The position numbers and the translations under genes are program-made. A stretch of DNA of 64,000 bases, taken from an uncultured Candidatus Saccharibacteria bacterium. Its GTDB lineage: Bacteria > Patescibacteriota > Minisyncoccia > Phycocordibacterales > UBA918. The stretch's first letter is position 1. Each line of letters opens with the position of its first letter. Of the stretch, positions 1-8,566 are shown in pieces. The notes under the pieces were generated by a model. That model was not told the DNA's origin. It searched no databases and was given only the letters and a program-made list of their open reading frames with translations. Location of the stretch: contig CAZSOS010000001.1 in the NCBI GenBank assembly GCA_964608605.1, positions 207,452 through 271,451 of the forward strand. Direction: 5' to 3'.

Positions 1-222
1 GTCGAAGTGCTCGCCAGCGATGAGATGAAGTACGATGCCGCCGCCTTGAGGCGGCCTTTTTGCCGGTCGCGGCCTGGGAATGATGGACCCCGGAATGGTG
101 AACCACATGATCGGTCTCCTAGTTTCTGTCTATCATAAAAATACCGTTCCGGACTGGATAACACAAGGCGGTTTTCCCCAAAATATGCTATAATATAAGG
201 ACTTAACAACGATTTTTCATCT

Positions 223-2274
223 ATGGCAAAAGGCAGTTACGACGCGTCCTCGATCAGCGTGCTGGAGGGATTGGAGCCGGTGCGAAAGCGCCCGGGCATG
301 TACATCGGCACCACCGGTCCGGACGGCCTGCACCATCTCATCTGGGAGATCTTCGACAACTCCCGCGACGAGGCCATGGGCGGACATGCCAACCGTATCG
401 AGGTAACCCTTCTGCCTGACAACTACATCCGCGTGGCCGACAACGGCCGAGGCATTCCGGTGGACAAGCATAAGCAGACCGGTGTCTCGGCCCTCGAGAC
501 CATCCTCTGCACTTTGCATGCCGGCGGCAAATTCGGCGGGGATGAATCCGGCTACAAGGTCTCGGGTGGCCTCCATGGCGTCGGTTCTTCGGTGGTGAAC
601 GCGCTGTCGACCCACATGATCGCCGAGGTCCACAAGGACGGCGGCTACTACATGCAGGAGTACTCGATCGGCAAAGCCAAGTACCAAGTGAAGAAAGTGG
701 GCAAGACCGAAGAGCACGGCACGATCATCACCTTCCAGGCCGACGTCAGCATTTTCAAGGAGATCAATTACGACTACAAGCGTATCGTCGCCCACCTGCG
801 CCAGCAGGCCTACCTGGTGAAGGCGCTCCGCATCACCGTCATCGACGCTCGAGAGCTCGACGAGAAGACCCTGAAGAAACTCGACCTTAAAGGCCAGATA
901 TACCTAGGCGATCTGGGAGTCGAAGCGCCGTCCATGACCTTCTACTTCGAAGAGGGCCTGCGTTCACTGGTCGCCTTCAACAACCAGCACCAGAAGGTCA
1001 TCCATAAGAACATCTTCTACGTGGAGAAGCTCGATCCGGCGCCGAACGTCTTTTCCGTCGAGGTGGCCCTGCAGTACGCTGACGATATCAGCCCGCGCGT
1101 CTCGGCCTTCGCCAACAACATCTTCAACCCGGAACACGGCACCCACATCACCGGCTTCAAGACCTCTCTCACCCGTACCCTCAATTCCTACGCGCGCAAG
1201 AACGGCTGGCTGAAGGAGAAGGACGATGCCTTCACCGGCGACGATGTCCTCGAGGGCATCACCGTGGTGGTGTCGGTGAAGATGCCGGAGATCCAGTTTG
1301 AAGGCCAGACCAAGGCCAAGCTTGGTTCCGTCGAGGCCCGTGGCGCGGTGGAGTCCGTCTTCAGCGAAGGCTTCTCCACCTTCCTCGAAGAGAATCCGGA
1401 CGACGCCAAGGCCATCATCAACAAGGTGATCATCGCCGTGAAGGCCCGCAAGGCGGCCAAGGCGGCCAAGGACAGCGTGCTTCGCAAGGGCGCTCTGGAG
1501 GGCATGTCGCTGCCTGGTAAGCTGGCCGACTGCCAATCCAAGCGAGCCGAGGACTCGGAGCTCTTCATCGTGGAGGGAGACTCCGCCGGCGGTTCGGCCA
1601 AGATGGGTCGCGACCGCAAGACCCAGGCCGTGCTGCCGCTTCGAGGCAAGATCCTCAACGTCGAGCGCGCCCGCATCGACAAGATGCTGGCCTCCGAACA
1701 GATCAAGAACCTAGTGGTGGCGCTTGGCACCGCCATCGGCGACGTCTTCGACCTGGGACGTCTGCGTTACCACAAGATTATCATCGCCACCGACGCCGAC
1801 GTCGACGGAGCGCATATTCGCACGCTGCTTTTGACCTTGTTCTACCGGCACTTCAAACCTTTGATCGACGGTGGCTATATCTACATCGCTCAGCCGCCGC
1901 TTTACAAGATCCAGAAAGGGAAGGAAGTGAGCTACGCCTATAGCGACGCCGAAAAATTCAACATCGTCGGCGAAGAGCCGGCCGAGGAGATCGAAGAGGG
2001 TGGAGAAGCCGAACCGGAGGCTGAAGAAGAAGGGGAGGTCGCCGCCAAGAAGAGCGGCAAGGCCCGCATCCAGCGCTACAAGGGCCTTGGCGAGATGAAC
2101 GCCGAAGAGCTTTGGGAGACCACCATGAATCCCGAGAACCGCGTCTTGAAGCAGGTCAATGTCGATGACGCCGAGGCTGCCGATCGCGTCTTCGACATCC
2201 TCATGGGCACGGACGTGCAGAACCGCAAGTCCTTCATCCAGTCGAACGCCAAGACCGCTAACTTGGATATTTAG
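223..2274 (+). CDS. gyrB: DNA gyrase subunit B
   Basis: 683 aa. GHKL ATPase motifs (IFDNSRDEAMGGH) and TOPRIM motif EGDSAGGSAKMGRDR are present. There is an acidic Glu-rich insertion (EEPAEEIEEGGEAEPEAEEEGE) near the C-terminus. -10 TATAAT at ~194. Confidence 0.95.
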   Translation: MAKGSYDASSISVLEGLEPVRKRPGMYIGTTGPDGLHHLIWEIFDNSRDEAMGGHANRIEVTLLPDNYIRVADNGRGIPVDKHKQTGVSALETILCTLHAGGKFGGDESGYKVSGGLHGVGSSVVNALSTHMIAEVHKDGGYYMQEYSIGKAKYQVKKVGKTEEHGTIITFQADVSIFKEINYDYKRIVAHLRQQAYLVKALRITVIDARELDEKTLKKLDLKGQIYLGDLGVEAPSMTFYFEEGLRSLVAFNNQHQKVIHKNIFYVEKLDPAPNVFSVEVALQYADDISPRVSAFANNIFNPEHGTHITGFKTSLTRTLNSYARKNGWLKEKDDAFTGDDVLEGITVVVSVKMPEIQFEGQTKAKLGSVEARGAVESVFSEGFSTFLEENPDDAKAIINKVIIAVKARKAAKAAKDSVLRKGALEGMSLPGKLADCQSKRAEDSELFIVEGDSAGGSAKMGRDRKTQAVLPLRGKILNVERARIDKMLASEQIKNLVVALGTAIGDVFDLGRLRYHKIIIATDADVDGAHIRTLLLTLFYRHFKPLIDGGYIYIAQPPLYKIQKGKEVSYAYSDAEKFNIVGEEPAEEIEEGGEAEPEAEEEGEVAAKKSGKARIQRYKGLGEMNAEELWETTMNPENRVLKQVNVDDAEAADRVFDILMGTDVQNRKSFIQSNAKTANLDI

Positions 2275-2310
2275 CACGCTAGGGTGAAGGGTTTAGGGTA
2301 GAGGGTTTAG

Positions 2311-2352
2311 AGACACAAAAGGCCGGCCCCAAGGGGCCGGCCTTTTGTGTCT
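2311..2352. terminator. bidirectional intrinsic terminator (GGCCGGCCCC-AA-GGGGCCGGCC hairpin flanked by ACACAAAA / TTTTGTGT)
   Basis: Perfect GC-rich inverted repeat with A/T tracts on both sides, lying between convergent genes. Confidence 0.7.
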
Positions 2353-2375
2353 AATACCAGTCTGACTAGTATATC
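2351..2375. repeat. AGTC-N-GACT palindrome family copy (ATACCAGTCTGACTAGTAT)
   Basis: Near-perfect palindrome immediately 3' of the gyrB terminator. Related copies at 8670, 29995, 6531 and 41265. Confidence 0.6.
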
Positions 2376-2377
2376 TG

Positions 2378-3130
2378 CTAGCGCACGTTCACGCGAGTCC
2401 GGAAGCTGTTATTCGAGCGATCGGAGTCAGAACCGCCTTCGACGGTCACGCCGACGTATTCCGAACCACGGGTCTCCGAAGCTCCGAAGACCACGGTCAA
2501 GGTGGCGCTTTCCTGAGGCTTCAGGGGGGCCTGCGACTTCGAGGTCATGCTAGAACCGTTAGGCAGCTCGGCAACGAACGTCCAATCGGACGAGGTCTTG
2601 GTGCCAAGGTTCTTCACCACGAACTGCATGGCGCCATTGTCGCGGCGAGACAGCTCGTCAGCGGCGACGAAACGGCCGGCAGAGTTCATGTAACCAACAG
2701 CTGAGAAGCTTACCGAAAGATCGGTGTGGCCCTTAGGATCGGAAACCGGGGTCTTGTAGGTGACCACAGTCTTCCACTGCACCGGCGTGGAAGTAGCGGG
2801 CTTGGAAACGACCGGAGTGATCGGGGCCGGAGTGGTGGTAACGGTCGAGGTCGCCGTCACTGCCGGAGTAGTGGTGGTAGCGGCCGGCGGGTTGGTGACC
2901 ACGATCTCATTATCGCCCTCGATCACGACAGTGTCGTTATCGTCATCATTGTCGGTCAACCGATCTTCATAGTCGCGCTGGTTGGCTTCGAAGATGTTGG
3001 CCAGGGAAGAGAAGGCGGTCGGGAGAAAACGTACTGCCTGCACGGCCAACCAGGCCAAGAGGCATACCATCACCACGAAGCCGATCACGGCCATCACGCG
3101 AAGCATCTGCTCGTTTCGTTCGTTGTTCAT
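2378..3130 (-). CDS. membrane-anchored Thr/Pro-rich surface protein (hypothetical)
   Basis: Likely start MNNERNEQ. N-terminal TM/signal anchor (VMAVIGFVVMVCLLAWLAV), acidic DNDDDND segment, T/P-rich linker (TTTTPAVTATSTVTTTPAPITPVV) and a beta-rich C-terminal domain. Confidence 0.55.
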   Translation of the reverse strand: MNNERNEQMLRVMAVIGFVVMVCLLAWLAVQAVRFLPTAFSSLANIFEANQRDYEDRLTDNDDDNDTVVIEGDNEIVVTNPPAATTTTPAVTATSTVTTTPAPITPVVSKPATSTPVQWKTVVTYKTPVSDPKGHTDLSVSFSAVGYMNSAGRFVAADELSRRDNGAMQFVVKNLGTKTSSDWTFVAELPNGSSMTSKSQAPLKPQESATLTVVFGASETRGSEYVGVTVEGGSDSDRSNNSFRTRVNVR

Positions 3131-3281
3131 AAATAAAATTCGATTAATCCTTATATGATACATGTTTTTAATGATTTGTCAAGGACGCTATCGTCGCGTT
3201 AAGTCAATGCCCGGCGGGTGGATATCCACCATCGCTTGGGCCCGGAGGGTAGGGGGCAGGTGGTCAGACGCGCCACCAACC

Positions 3282-3309
3282 TTGACAAATTACCTATTTC
3301 GTGTATTAT
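3282..3309 (+). promoter_or_regulatory. sigma70-like promoter TTGACA-N16-TATTAT followed by ATATAAGGA
   Basis: Read directly from the sequence upstream of the sortase start. AAGGA lies 8 nt before the ATG. Confidence 0.5.
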
Positions 3310-3324
3310 ATAAGGATCAAACCT

Positions 3325-4002
3325 ATGGATCTCTCCCGATTCTTCAACGAAATAATGCCGCGAATGAGCGCTTTCTTAGGCGTCTTCTTCGTGGTCATGA
3401 TGATCGGCTACGGCTTTCTCTATTTCATCGACTTCGTGCCCGAGGCCCCGACCGATAACGAGGCCAAGAAAGCCGAGGAAACCGCTTCAGTCATAGAGGA
3501 AGAACCGGCGGCAGCGCAGCCGGTCATCGAGGAAACCCCTACCGTGGCTATAAATAACGATCCTTTCCCGATCAGTATCTCTCTTAGCCCTCTAGATCGC
3601 ACCGTGACCGTCCTTAATCCCGCCTCCCGCAGCGTGGCCGATCTGGATGCCGCCTTGCTTAAGGGCGTGGTGCGCCACCCGGACTCGGCCGATCTCAACG
3701 ATGAACAGGGAAATATCCTTATTCTCGGCCATTCCAGTTACCTAAAGAACGTCTTCAATAAGAACTACCAGGCCTTCAACGGCATCCAGAACCTCAAATG
3801 GGGCGATACCATCACCCTCAAGTCGAGCGACATGGAATACACCTACCGCGTGGATAGGGTATACGAGGCCAAGGCTAGCGCCGTCATGGTGCCCACCAAG
3901 GCCAGCCAGGCCAAACTCACTCTGGCCACCTGCGATACTTTCGGCGCCAAGGAAGACCGCTTCATCGTCGAAGCCACTCTGGTATCCAAAAAGCCCCTAT
4001 AA
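3325..4002 (+). CDS. sortase family transpeptidase
   Basis: N-terminal TM anchor, catalytic His in ILILGHSSY and the TLXTC Cys motif (KLTLATCDTFG) typical of sortases. Confidence 0.8.
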   Translation: MDLSRFFNEIMPRMSAFLGVFFVVMMIGYGFLYFIDFVPEAPTDNEAKKAEETASVIEEEPAAAQPVIEETPTVAINNDPFPISISLSPLDRTVTVLNPASRSVADLDAALLKGVVRHPDSADLNDEQGNILILGHSSYLKNVFNKNYQAFNGIQNLKWGDTITLKSSDMEYTYRVDRVYEAKASAVMVPTKASQAKLTLATCDTFGAKEDRFIVEATLVSKKPL

Positions 4003-4145
4003 ACGGGGCTTTTTGGATGCTTGACAAAAAGACCCAAATATGCTAAGATGGTAGATAAGTAGGTTTCGGGAGTATAGTGCTTCCAAACCACCTCGTACCT
4101 TCATCAGTTCCTCAGGATTCGGTTCAAAACAGAAAGGAGCGCGTC

Positions 4146-4571
4146 ATGCGCCACATCATCCTCTCCGCCTTCGGCCTCCTGGCCGCGCTCATCATCTTCG
4201 CCTCATTCGGCGGCATCAACACCGCCGAAGCCGGACAGTACTGCAAGTCGGCCTCCACCTGCAAGGCGGAAGTCGCAGCCCTGACCAGAAGCCAGGACGC
4301 CGCGGCCCGCGGCGCGCAGTGGAAGGTCGGCCAGTCCAGCTGCCGCTCGGCGGCCGAACAGCAGAAGGCCAATGAGCGCCGCTGCCGAGCCTTCGACGCC
4401 AAATGGGGCGGCAAGACCCTGGAAGAATGCGCGCGCTGCTATCGGCAGGTCCGTGAGGACATCCGCCGGTGGGAAGCCTGCCACAAGGCTTCGGGGGGCA
4501 TCGTCCCGCCGCCGCCCGCGGCGATCTACGCTTCGCTGGCTCGCCTCGGCCAAATGGCCGGTTCGTTCTGA
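4146..4571 (+). CDS. small secreted Cys-rich protein (hypothetical)
   Basis: RBS AAAGGAG before the ATG. Signal peptide MRHIILSAFGLLAALIIFASFGGINTAEA, 8 Cys, Pro-rich tail PPPPAA. Confidence 0.5.
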   Translation: MRHIILSAFGLLAALIIFASFGGINTAEAGQYCKSASTCKAEVAALTRSQDAAARGAQWKVGQSSCRSAAEQQKANERRCRAFDAKWGGKTLEECARCYRQVREDIRRWEACHKASGGIVPPPPAAIYASLARLGQMAGSF

Positions 4572-4575
4572 ACTG

Positions 4576-4613
4576 AAAAAAGTGGTCGCGGATGATTCAT
4601 CCGCGACCACTAA
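4576..4613 (+). terminator. intrinsic terminator
   Basis: AGTGGTCGCGGATG-ATTC-ATCCGCGACCACT hairpin flanked by A/T runs. Confidence 0.6.
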
Positions 4614-4701
4614 AACATTCATTATGGATGTTGGCGACGAAACCATGTTTCGTCTTCATTATCCGGAATGATCCGGTAGTTACAAATTCTATCAATTATT
4701 T

Positions 4702-6381
4702 ATGAAAAATTTTATCAATACCAAGGTATTCCTCTTTGGCATCATCGCTGCCTCTACCGCAGCGGTCATGGTTTTTGTGGTCATACCTCAGTTTCCTCAG
4801 GTTAACAGTTCTATCGATGGCCTCAGCACTTCTATCGACAAGGTAGAGGCCTGGGGTGATTGGTCTGGTTCCGGAGACTACGGTTCCGGTTGTTGCGACT
4901 ATACCGGTGATAGTTATGATACTGGATGGGGCGACTGGTCTGGCACCGGCGACTATGGTTCCGGTTGTTGTGACTCCACTAGCGGTGGCGGCTACGGCGG
5001 AAGTTACACTCCTTCCACCCCCTCTACTCCAGACACCCCGACTTACACGCCTCCGACCTACGTTCCGCCTCCGACTCCGGCAGCCGTCTGTCATTATTTG
5101 ACAGCTAGTGCCTCGTCGGTGAAGTACGGCGGTGATACTGTCTACCTCTCATGGAGCACTAGCAACGCTGGATCGGTCTCGATCAGCGGCATCGGTAGCG
5201 TGGCCGCGAGTGGTAGTAACCACCCGGTATCCGTCAGCTCTGACACCACGTTCACTCTGACCGCCACTTCGGCCGGAGGCAACGGTTCTTGCGCCGTCAC
5301 TATCACGGTTCAGCCGCCTTTGGCCGCCGTTTGTAACTACCTTAATTCCAGCCACGTGAACGTGCCCGTCGAGGGCGCTACCGTGACCCTCTCCTGGTCG
5401 ACCACCAACGCTAGCTCGGTCTCGATCAGCGGCGTCGGTAACGTCTCTCCAGTGAATCAGGGACAGGTCAATGTCTTCGTTAGCGGTAACCGCACCTTCA
5501 CTCTGACCGCGGTCGGAACCGGAGGCAACGGTTCCTGCACCGTCTCTATCGGTACGAACATCACCAATAAGGATATCCCTCGCTGCGAATACCTGCGCGC
5601 CAACGTTGGCAACAACGTCAAGCGTGGCGATCGGATCACCCTTACTTGGGCGACCACCAACGCTGACATGGTCCACATCAGCCCGATGCCGGGAGGCGTC
5701 TCCCGCAACGGCTCCGAGACCGTGATCCTCGAGAACGACGTCAACACCTTCACTCTGACCGCTCGTAACTTCCAGACCAACAACGAAGCTACCTGTACGG
5801 TGACCGTGCGCGTCGATAAGGAGGACAAGACCCCTACCTGCGACCTCAAGGTCTCCAAGTCCCGCGTCAACCGCGGCGAGAAGGTAACCCTTTCTTGGAA
5901 GACCACCGACACCGAGGGTCTCCGCATCCGCGACGACCAGGGAAAGACCATCTTCGACATCTCGCACTACAGCGTCTCTGAGCGCCGCCACTACAAGACC
6001 GGCGAAGTGGACGTCATCGTCAACCGCAACACCGAGTTCATCATGAACGTTCGCGGTGAAGACAACTCCAGCCGCACCTGCCGCGTCGAGGTTACCGTTG
6101 GCGGACTCGAAGTCTACGAGAAGCGCGATCAGGGATACGTCATCGCTTTGACCCAGGTGCCTTACACCGGATTCGAAGCTGGCGCCTTCCTGACCTTCCT
6201 CTTCTACGCGGTATTGACCCTCTGGGCTCTCTTCATCGCTTACGTGCTCGTCATCAAGAAGGGCACTGTGCTTGGATTCTCTCTCTACGGCGCTACCGCC
6301 GGCTTGAGCGAGACCGACGTGGAGAACCGAAAAAAAGTAGAAGCGCTGGTAGCGAAGTACAGTGGACAGAACCAGAAGTAG
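4702..6381 (+). CDS. surface protein with Cys-rich tandem repeats, four Ig-like repeats and a C-terminal PYTG-TM-KKG segment
   Basis: N-terminal signal anchor, 2x GDWSG(S/T)GDYGSGCCD repeat, P/T linker, four ~85-aa repeats each bounded by Cys, then QVPYTGFEAG plus a hydrophobic stretch and KKG. Confidence 0.75.
   Translation: MKNFINTKVFLFGIIAASTAAVMVFVVIPQFPQVNSSIDGLSTSIDKVEAWGDWSGSGDYGSGCCDYTGDSYDTGWGDWSGTGDYGSGCCDSTSGGGYGGSYTPSTPSTPDTPTYTPPTYVPPPTPAAVCHYLTASASSVKYGGDTVYLSWSTSNAGSVSISGIGSVAASGSNHPVSVSSDTTFTLTATSAGGNGSCAVTITVQPPLAAVCNYLNSSHVNVPVEGATVTLSWSTTNASSVSISGVGNVSPVNQGQVNVFVSGNRTFTLTAVGTGGNGSCTVSIGTNITNKDIPRCEYLRANVGNNVKRGDRITLTWATTNADMVHISPMPGGVSRNGSETVILENDVNTFTLTARNFQTNNEATCTVTVRVDKEDKTPTCDLKVSKSRVNRGEKVTLSWKTTDTEGLRIRDDQGKTIFDISHYSVSERRHYKTGEVDVIVNRNTEFIMNVRGEDNSSRTCRVEVTVGGLEVYEKRDQGYVIALTQVPYTGFEAGAFLTFLFYAVLTLWALFIAYVLVIKKGTVLGFSLYGATAGLSETDVENRKKVEALVAKYSGQNQK
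4850..4990 (+). repeat. intragenic ~78-bp tandem repeat encoding GDWSG-GDYGSGCCD
   Basis: Two near-identical DNA units (tggggtgattggtctgg... / tggggcgactggtctgg...). Confidence 0.7.
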
Positions 6382-6512
6382 TCTGTCAGATCCCCACGAT
6401 CTGCCCGACCAAGGTCTACGAGCTTCCAGCGCCTACCGAGGATAGGCCAGAGCCTTACATAACCTATTATCACGACGATACTCCCCCGAACTTGCCTATA
6501 GGCGAGAAGCCC

Positions 6513-6547
6513 GACTACTTGAAGTAGTCCCACAAGTCAGACTTGTG
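6513..6547. repeat. two adjacent palindromes GACTACTTGAAGTAGTC and CACAAGTCAGACTTGTG
   Basis: Perfect odd palindromes 3' of the surface-protein gene. The second shares its core with 41265. Confidence 0.6.
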
Positions 6548-6567
6548 TAGACGGGCGGGAGCGAGAA

Positions 6568-6598
6568 AAAGCCGGACCATTTGGTCCGGCTTTTTCGT
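6568..6598. terminator. bidirectional intrinsic terminator
   Basis: AAAAAGCCGGACCATTTGGTCCGGCTTTTT. Confidence 0.75.
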
Positions 6599-6603
6599 TT
6601 TTG

Positions 6604-6742
6604 TTCTGTCATGATCGTATCATGAGAATCACTGGGCCATAGATCTTCATGATATCATCAATGATATCATGAAAAGGGCCGAGCAGATCGATCGCGTTCA
6701 CTGCGCCATGAAAAGACTAGGCGGATGATCTTACATGACAGA
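6604..6742. repeat. terminator-flanked module with clustered TCATGA palindromes and a 9-bp terminal inverted repeat (TCTGTCATG / CATGACAGA)
   Basis: Four TCATGA and two CATGA(A/C) sites within ~130 bp. The module is bounded by the terminators at 6568 and 6770. Confidence 0.4.
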
Positions 6743-6769
6743 ATATATTTATAGCACTCATCGTCCAAG

Positions 6770-6802
6770 ACAAAGGCCGGCCCCTTCGGGGCCGGCCTTT
6801 GT
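6770..6802. terminator. bidirectional intrinsic terminator
   Basis: CAAAGGCCGGCCCCTTCGGGGCCGGCCTTTG. Confidence 0.75.
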
Positions 6803-6821
6803 CTTGCCTCTGTGGCATCCG

Positions 6822-8564
6822 CTAAAGCGAACGCGCGGATACCTTGACTTTCAAGTAGTCAGCCAGCTCGTCGGCACTGTGCTCCAGCTTGCTGCCATCG
6901 CTCATTTCCAGGGTCAACTGTCCAGACTCGGCCTCCTTGTCGCCGATGACCACGAAGGCCGGGATCTTCTGTTGCTTCACCGCCCGGATCTTCTTGCCCA
7001 AGGACTCGTTGGCGTCATCCAGCATACATCTTATACCGGCCGCCTTGAGCTTCGCGTAGAGCTCGCGCGCCGGGTCATTGTGCTTCTCCGAGACCGGCAG
7101 GATGGCTACCTGCTCTGGTGCCAACCACAGCGGAAAGCGGCCGCCTAAGTGTTCGATCAAGACGGCCGAGAAACGCTCGATCGAACCCATGATGGCGCAG
7201 TGGATCATGACGATACGCTCTTTTTCGCCCGCCTCATTGATACAGGTGAGATCGAAGCGCTCCGGCAGGTTCATGTCGAGCTGGATGGTGGCCACCTGAT
7301 GCTCGCGGCCGATGGAATCCTTGGCCATGAAGTCGAGCTTGGGGCCGTACATGGCCGCTTCGCCAGGAGCTTCGAAGTAATCGGCCTGGCGCTCGCGAGC
7401 GATGTCACGGAGCGCGTTCTCGGCGTTATTCCAGATCTCTGGGGTGCCCAAGTACTTCTCCATCTCCGACGGTTCGTGGAAGGAGAGCCGGACTCGGAGC
7501 TTGAAGCCGAAGGTACCGTAGAAGGTGTCGACAATGTCCCAGATGCGGAAGAACTCTTCCTTAACCTGTCTGTGACGGCAGAACACGTGGCTATCGTCCT
7601 GAGTGATCGAAAGTACGCGGGTGAGACCGCCCAGCTCGCCTGACTGTTCGTCGCGATAGACCATGGTGGTCTCGGCGTAGCGTTGCGGCATCTCGCGATA
7701 GCTGTGCGGCTTGCGGTCGAAGATCTGCGTGTGGTGCGGACAGTTCATCGGCTTTAAAGCGTACTCCTTGCCCTCGCGGGTACTGATGCGAAAGAGTTCG
7801 TCGGCGAACTTCTCCCAGTGTCCGGAGGTCTCGTAGAGGTCCTTCTTGGTGATGTGAGGGATGGTGACCCGCTGATAGCCATGACTTTCCCGGAGCTCCC
7901 AGATGTAGGAATCAAGAGCGTGGCGCAAGACCGTGCCCTTAGTGGTCCAAAGCGGCAATCCGGCGCCGACCAGATCGGAGAAAGTGAAGAGATCGAGTTC
8001 CTTGCCGAGCTTGCGATGGTCGCGCTCTTTGGCTTCGGCCAGCTGCTTTTCGTAGGCTTCAAGCTCGTCTTTGGTCTCGAAGGCCAGGCCATAGATACGA
8101 GTCAACATGGCGTTCTGTTCGTCGCCGCGCCAATAGGCGCCGGCCACCTTGGTGAGCTTGAAGGACGCCGGGTCGATGTCCGCGGCCGGATTCTCACTAT
8201 GTCCGCCGCGACAGAGGTCCTCGAAGTCGCCGCTCTTGTAGAGAGTGATGGTCTCCCCGCTGTTCGCGATCTCCTCTATAAGCTCTAGTTTGTAGGGATT
8301 GCCCGCGAAGATGGTCCTGGCCTCCTCGGCCAAAACCTCGCGGTGAGAGAACTCCTTCCAGGCCGGCAATAGCTTCCTCATGACCTTCTCGATGGCCGGC
8401 AGATTGGCGTCGCCAACCGGTTCGCCTCCTTGGAAGTCGATGTCATAGTAAAAGCCGGTGTCGACGGCCGGACCGATGGTCAATTTGGCGTGCGGATATT
8501 TCTGCAGCACCGCCGCCGCCAAAAGGTGGGCAAGAGTGTGGCGTTTATGTTCGAGGTTGGACAT
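6822..8564 (-). CDS. thrS: threonyl-tRNA synthetase
   Basis: 580 aa with class II aaRS core and anticodon-binding domain, ThrRS-specific motifs, and the N-terminal HxxxH editing-like second additional domain. Confidence 0.95.
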   Translation of the reverse strand: MSNLEHKRHTLAHLLAAAVLQKYPHAKLTIGPAVDTGFYYDIDFQGGEPVGDANLPAIEKVMRKLLPAWKEFSHREVLAEEARTIFAGNPYKLELIEEIANSGETITLYKSGDFEDLCRGGHSENPAADIDPASFKLTKVAGAYWRGDEQNAMLTRIYGLAFETKDELEAYEKQLAEAKERDHRKLGKELDLFTFSDLVGAGLPLWTTKGTVLRHALDSYIWELRESHGYQRVTIPHITKKDLYETSGHWEKFADELFRISTREGKEYALKPMNCPHHTQIFDRKPHSYREMPQRYAETTMVYRDEQSGELGGLTRVLSITQDDSHVFCRHRQVKEEFFRIWDIVDTFYGTFGFKLRVRLSFHEPSEMEKYLGTPEIWNNAENALRDIARERQADYFEAPGEAAMYGPKLDFMAKDSIGREHQVATIQLDMNLPERFDLTCINEAGEKERIVMIHCAIMGSIERFSAVLIEHLGGRFPLWLAPEQVAILPVSEKHNDPARELYAKLKAAGIRCMLDDANESLGKKIRAVKQQKIPAFVVIGDKEAESGQLTLEMSDGSKLEHSADELADYLKVKVSARSL

Positions 8565-8566
8565 GA

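Noticed and set aside
1-62. The 3' end of an upstream gene and its terminator at the window edge (stop at ~19-21, hairpin GCCGCC-TTGA-GGCGGC plus T-tract).
   Set aside because: Too little sequence to identify the gene. It is noted only as a truncated feature.
130-180. A DnaA-box-like TGGATAAC upstream of gyrB.
   Set aside because: It is a single partial match (7/9) with no cluster of boxes, so it is not evidence for oriC.
4850-4990. Tandem DNA repeats that could be mistaken for a CRISPR-like array.
   Set aside because: They have only two units and no spacers. They are in-frame coding repeats of the surface protein (GDWSG-GDYGSGCCD).
5149-5991. Long ORFs in the ORF track on the strand opposite to strong genes. 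Examples are 5149..5991, 10053..11150, 19045..20445, 23824..25185, 26280..27563, 28188..28970, 31297..32580, 43719..44303 and 56607..57491.
   Set aside because: They are antisense shadows expected in ~60% GC DNA. Their products are Arg/Ala/Gly-rich nonsense, and each overlaps a confidently identified gene with clear motifs.
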